This document shows positions 21,741-22,410 of a stretch of 22,410 bases of DNA, piece after piece. The stretch is taken from the IMG/VR virus record IMGVR_UViG_3300009506_000203. One strand, 5' to 3'. The translations under genes were made by a program, and so were the position numbers. This DNA comes from a virus. The notes under the pieces were generated by a model. That model ran no database searches. It worked only from the letters and a program-made list of their open reading frames with translations, and was not told where the DNA came from. Every line of letters begins with the position of its first letter. Positions within the stretch are counted from its first letter, which is position 1.

Positions 21741-22410
21741 TCGTCCTGTTCACGGGGATGTCAGGCGCGGGCAAGACAACGCTCGCGAAGGCACTGGAGG
21801 TCGAGCTGCGCGAGCACGGGTACTACGTGAAGCGGCTCGACGGCGACACGATGCGCGAGGACCCATTGTGCAGTGGTCTGGGCTTCTCGAAGGAGGACCG
21901 CATCGAGAACATTCGCCGGCTGGGGATGCGCGCCAGGTCGCTAATAGATGCTGGCGTCGAGATCGTACTCATCGCCGCGATTGCGCCCTACGCGGAGTCA
22001 AGATCTGATCTTCGAGTGCACCCGAGATACCCCTTCTGCGAGATCTTCGTTGACTGTCCAATGGACGTGCTCATCGAGCGAGATCCGAAAGGGCTCTACA
22101 AGCTCGCACTCGCAGGGCAGCTCAAGCACTTCACCGGTGTGTCGGATCCGTATGAGGAGCCCGAGGCCCCCGATTTGCACCTCCGAACTGACCGCGACCA
22201 CGTAACGCCATGCGTGAGAGAGTGCTCGGAGTACATCAGGGCGCGCGTCCTCAAAGCAGGGCCCGGAGCACCCGAGGCCGTTGTCACCACCAACGGCTTG
22301 CAGCCAGCACAAACTGAGGTGCTGGCCTTGCTGGCCGAGGAGTGCGGTGAGGTCATTCAGGTCGTCGGCAAGATCCTCCGCAACGGACTCAACGGCCGAC
22401 ACCCCGACGG
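21737..22410 (+). CDS. cysC: adenylyl-sulfate (APS) kinase, 3'-truncated by the window edge, with an extra C-terminal helical region
   Basis: It is not in the ORF table because it has no stop in the window. GTG 21737 has a GGGAGG SD and a GTGA overlap with the upstream stop. LFTGMSGAGKTTLA, LDGDTMR, LGFSKEDRIENIRR, FCEIFVDCPMDVLIERDPKGLYKLALAGQLKHFTGVSDPYEEPEAPDLHL match the APS-kinase motifs. Confidence 0.8.
   Translation, partial: MIVLFTGMSGAGKTTLAKALEVELREHGYYVKRLDGDTMREDPLCSGLGFSKEDRIENIRRLGMRARSLIDAGVEIVLIAAIAPYAESRSDLRVHPRYPFCEIFVDCPMDVLIERDPKGLYKLALAGQLKHFTGVSDPYEEPEAPDLHLRTDRDHVTPCVRECSEYIRARVLKAGPGAPEAVVTTNGLQPAQTEVLALLAEECGEVIQVVGKILRNGLNGRHPD

Noticed and set aside
1-22410. CRISPR arrays, transposases or IS elements, integrase, and rRNA
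   Set aside because: There are no regularly spaced direct repeats and no recognisable DDE, tyrosine or serine recombinase or rRNA motifs.

Overview
This is a high-GC (about 65%), gene-dense window with phage-like organisation. It has many short ORFs with ATGA/TGATG/GTGA start-stop overlaps, SD-coupled operons and leaderless genes, and a reversed two-gene insert. It looks like an early or accessory region of an actinobacteriophage or actinobacterial prophage.

I call about 46 CDS. Genes run rightward from 2 to 10348, leftward in blocks 10341-11509 and 11983-18034, then mixed from 18869 to the end.

Recognisable products are:
- a 5'-truncated SPFH/flotillin-like protein
- a YpsA/DUF1273 (SLOG) protein
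- a tandem DnaJ-CR-type CxxCxGxG zinc-finger protein
- a secreted RlpA-like double-psi beta-barrel protein
- a DUF4406/nucleoside-deoxyribosyltransferase-like protein
- a DUF1653 protein
- a CYTH (triphosphate-tunnel) protein
- a NUDIX hydrolase coupled to an HExxH metallopeptidase-motif protein
- a minimal Tpt1/KptA-like NAD-dependent transferase domain
- a Cys-rich lipoprotein
- an RHH+AP2 regulator
- a 3'-truncated adenylyl-sulfate (APS) kinase

No rRNA, tRNA, CRISPR array or transposase was seen.

The most interesting content is regulatory and is not explained by the ORF track:
1. A 16-bp palindrome GATCG-N6-CGATC recurs at five intergenic sites, plus one half-site. It is positioned on or next to promoters.
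2. At least eight leaderless promoters have a conserved extended -10 (GTGATAGnnT or GTGTAnnnT) ending 6-8 nt before the start codon. Two of them form a divergent back-to-back pair built on one inverted repeat.
3. A 15-nt cassette TTGTCAC-N5-TCTGCTAA sits after a terminator at two operon heads.
4. An 830-bp non-coding hub (18035-18868) carries an AT-rich repeat island, two plus-strand terminators, and an operator-laden promoter for the RHH-AP2 regulator.

Together with the cluster of nucleotide/NAD-metabolite enzymes, the system worth follow-up is a palindrome-controlled leftward operon of putative counter-defence or host-takeover genes.

All coordinates come from manual reading of the sequence. 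No database search was possible.
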